Under the pieces are notes generated by a model. The model was not told the origin of the DNA. It did not search any database and saw only the letters and a program-made list of their open reading frames with translations. A stretch of DNA of 64,000 nucleotides from a virus: positions 32,001 through 96,000 of IMG/VR virus record IMGVR_UViG_3300040801_002290. One strand, given 5' to 3'. Positions 62,302-64,000 of the stretch are shown here, in pieces. How positions within the stretch are numbered: position 1 is the first letter of the stretch; every line of letters begins with the position of its first letter. Made by a program: the position numbers and the translations under genes.

Positions 62302-64000
62302 TATACGTAATTAAGCCTATTTCTGACTATATAATCTTCCGTTACCCTTCTAGCGGTATCCTGAATATCTTCTGGGGACATCCCATGAATTTTCATGGTC
62401 AAATAAGTTACATTGCCCTGTCCAGAAGACACGGAAGACTCAGAAACGGTTTCTCCAGATTGAATTCTGTTTAACACATCTATATTGTTTGATACATTAT
62501 TGGAACTAATAACATACTCACCCGCGTGTACCATCCCCGCGACTTGATGTCTTCCCCCCATACCCGTAAATCCACCAGAGGAAAAACCCTCACCTTCCGT
62601 GTCTCCAAAGCCAGGCACAGAAAGACCATGAGTCCCAAATAACTCTCTCAAAGACTCGTTCATTGTGTCCCTGTTTGAGATAGCCGCTGTTAGACCCTCT
62701 CTAAAATTCTCATCTTCTATTCCCTTGGACATGATATCCCAGTATGCCGCAGTATCAGTTCCACCTAGAGCATCAACAAATTGGTTATAATTTCTAGTTT
62801 CGTGAAGGCCGCTTCTTAGCTCAGCAAACTCCCCTGGGTTCATTTCTCGGGAAGCTTGGTGTCTCATGTGAGCGTCCTCTACGGCCCTTCTCTCTGCCGC
62901 TTCTGCCCCCCTCTCGGCAAGACCCTCAGAAAGCCCAGAGACTCTATCCGAGCTTTGTGCAAGGAAATCACTCATTATAGTAGCAATATGTGAGTTCCCT
63001 AAAAATCCAGTTAGAGACTCTTGTAAGGTTTTTAACTCATCAATTAAACCACTTGATGTAGTCATAAACTCGTCTACCTGTTCAGACATGGTAGAAGAAA
63101 TTTCGGCAAGCGGACTGCCTCCCAGGGCATTGATTCTTTTGGCCATGTCTTCGTCCATGGCTCCCATGTCAATGGCTCCCTTTTCGTCAAACAGGGTTCC
63201 CTCCATGGCTAATTCGGTTAAAGCAAGCAAATCCTGAGGAGAAATTCCAGTGAATAGTCCCTGTAGAACCCTCATGGTTCCTATTCCCTGCATACTGCCT
63301 AAAAATTCATCCGGAGAGCCAAACTCTTGACCCGCTAATCCAGATTGGTTTAAAACAAACTGCATTCTTCTGTCCGCAACAGAAGCTCTGCCCATGAAAA
63401 TGTCCGCAAAGGAACTGCCGAGGGACATGTCCAAAGCTGCCATAGCAGGGTCTTCCATACCCATTGAGGCGCTAGCCTGCAAGCCTGTCAATAGCCTTCC
63501 GAGTACTTCCGGGTTTGCTTTTGCCAACTCCCCAAGCCTTGTTTCGCTCTGAATTACTGTTCTACCGAAGGTGGTAACCTCACCAGTCAACTCTTCAGTT
63601 GTCCTGGCAAGGTTTCTCATCGCCATGCTCTCGGTTACTTTCAACAATGCTGGTACTAGAACAGACATTGAATAGCTGCTGATATCTCCATCTTCTTCGG
63701 CAAAAACACCAGCATATTCTTTATATGTTCCTACGGCGTCTTGACTTCCAAATCTCTGAGCCGTTTGCATAGCAGAAATCGCGGCCTCGTCACCTATACC
63801 GTATAGGCCCCCAACTTCTCCAGCAAATGCCCCCATTGATGCGAGCCCAGGACCAGTATCACGGAGGGACAATGCGGACTGGGAAAGAAGTGCGCCTAGG
63901 GATTCACGGTTGTATCCCAGTGCCCTGAGAGTGCTTACGCTTCTTGCGTTTCCACCCTCGTCAAGAAGTGCTTCTCCCTGTGGGCCATAAAGATTGGTCC
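62301..64000 (-). CDS. Tape measure protein, 3' part (5' end beyond the window)
   Basis: Frame stays open from 63872 to 64000; helical A/G/M-rich; GGFTG...VAG.VH.GEYV motif. Confidence 0.75.
   Translation of the reverse strand, partial: TNLYGPQGEALLDEGGNARSVSTLRALGYNRESLGALLSQSALSLRDTGPGLASMGAFAGEVGGLYGIGDEAAISAMQTAQRFGSQDAVGTYKEYAGVFAEEDGDISSYSMSVLVPALLKVTESMAMRNLARTTEELTGEVTTFGRTVIQSETRLGELAKANPEVLGRLLTGLQASASMGMEDPAMAALDMSLGSSFADIFMGRASVADRRMQFVLNQSGLAGQEFGSPDEFLGSMQGIGTMRVLQGLFTGISPQDLLALTELAMEGTLFDEKGAIDMGAMDEDMAKRINALGGSPLAEISSTMSEQVDEFMTTSSGLIDELKTLQESLTGFLGNSHIATIMSDFLAQSSDRVSGLSEGLAERGAEAAERRAVEDAHMRHQASREMNPGEFAELRSGLHETRNYNQFVDALGGTDTAAYWDIMSKGIEDENFREGLTAAISNRDTMNESLRELFGTHGLSVPGFGDTEGEGFSSGGFTGMGGRHQVAGMVHAGEYVISSNNVSNNIDVLNRIQSGETVSESSVSSGQGNVTYLTMKIHGMSPEDIQDTARRVTEDYIVRNRLNYV

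Noticed and set aside
1-64000. Stop-codon reassignment
   Set aside because: Long conserved genes are intact in the standard code, and TAG, TGA and TAA all end genes
1-64000. CRISPR array, DGR, integrase or IS element
   Set aside because: No repeat-spacer array, reverse transcriptase, TR/VR pair, recombinase or transposase recognised; by-eye search only

Overview
Part of a large, probably lytic, contractile-tailed (myovirus-type, jumbo-like) phage genome. The ORFs read cleanly in the standard genetic code. Four blocks: (1) 1-8.4 kb accessory/counter-defence genes: small alarmone-hydrolase-like HD protein, Ro60/TROVE with a ~360-nt non-coding leader, ATP-grasp, DarG-like macrodomain, PhoH. (2) 8.4-27.5 kb, minus strand: terminase, IMPDH/GMP reductase, DRB0094-type RNA ligase, DnaX-like protein, Hsp20, class II RNR, thioredoxin, RecA, Rad52/DdrA-like protein, DnaB and a replication initiator. 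(3) 27.6-40.6 kb, plus strand: RuvC-like, ThyX, beta clamp, tandem-OB SSB, dNMP kinase, dUTPase, primase, Cas4-like nuclease, and a GC-rich cassette of repeated coiled-coil mini-genes. (4) 40.6-64 kb, minus strand: lysis, tail fibre, baseplate and tape-measure genes, the last running off the window. Several independent clues suggest a Deinococcota host (inference): two-OB-fold SSB, leaderless TANNNT promoters, an HspR-like operator, a ~70% GC island and a secreted beta-barrel-like protein. Top leads: (a) Ro60 transcribed with two non-canonical Y-RNA-like units lacking a tRNA-like T-loop; (b) an unannotated 13-aa Cys/Gly micropeptide (MCGCGCGCKCGCK) translationally coupled to the B12-dependent RNR; (c) a HAIR-like operator on the phage hsp20; (d) paired palindromes inside the initiator gene that may be the replication origin. 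All family calls come from motif recognition by eye; no database search or folding program was run.
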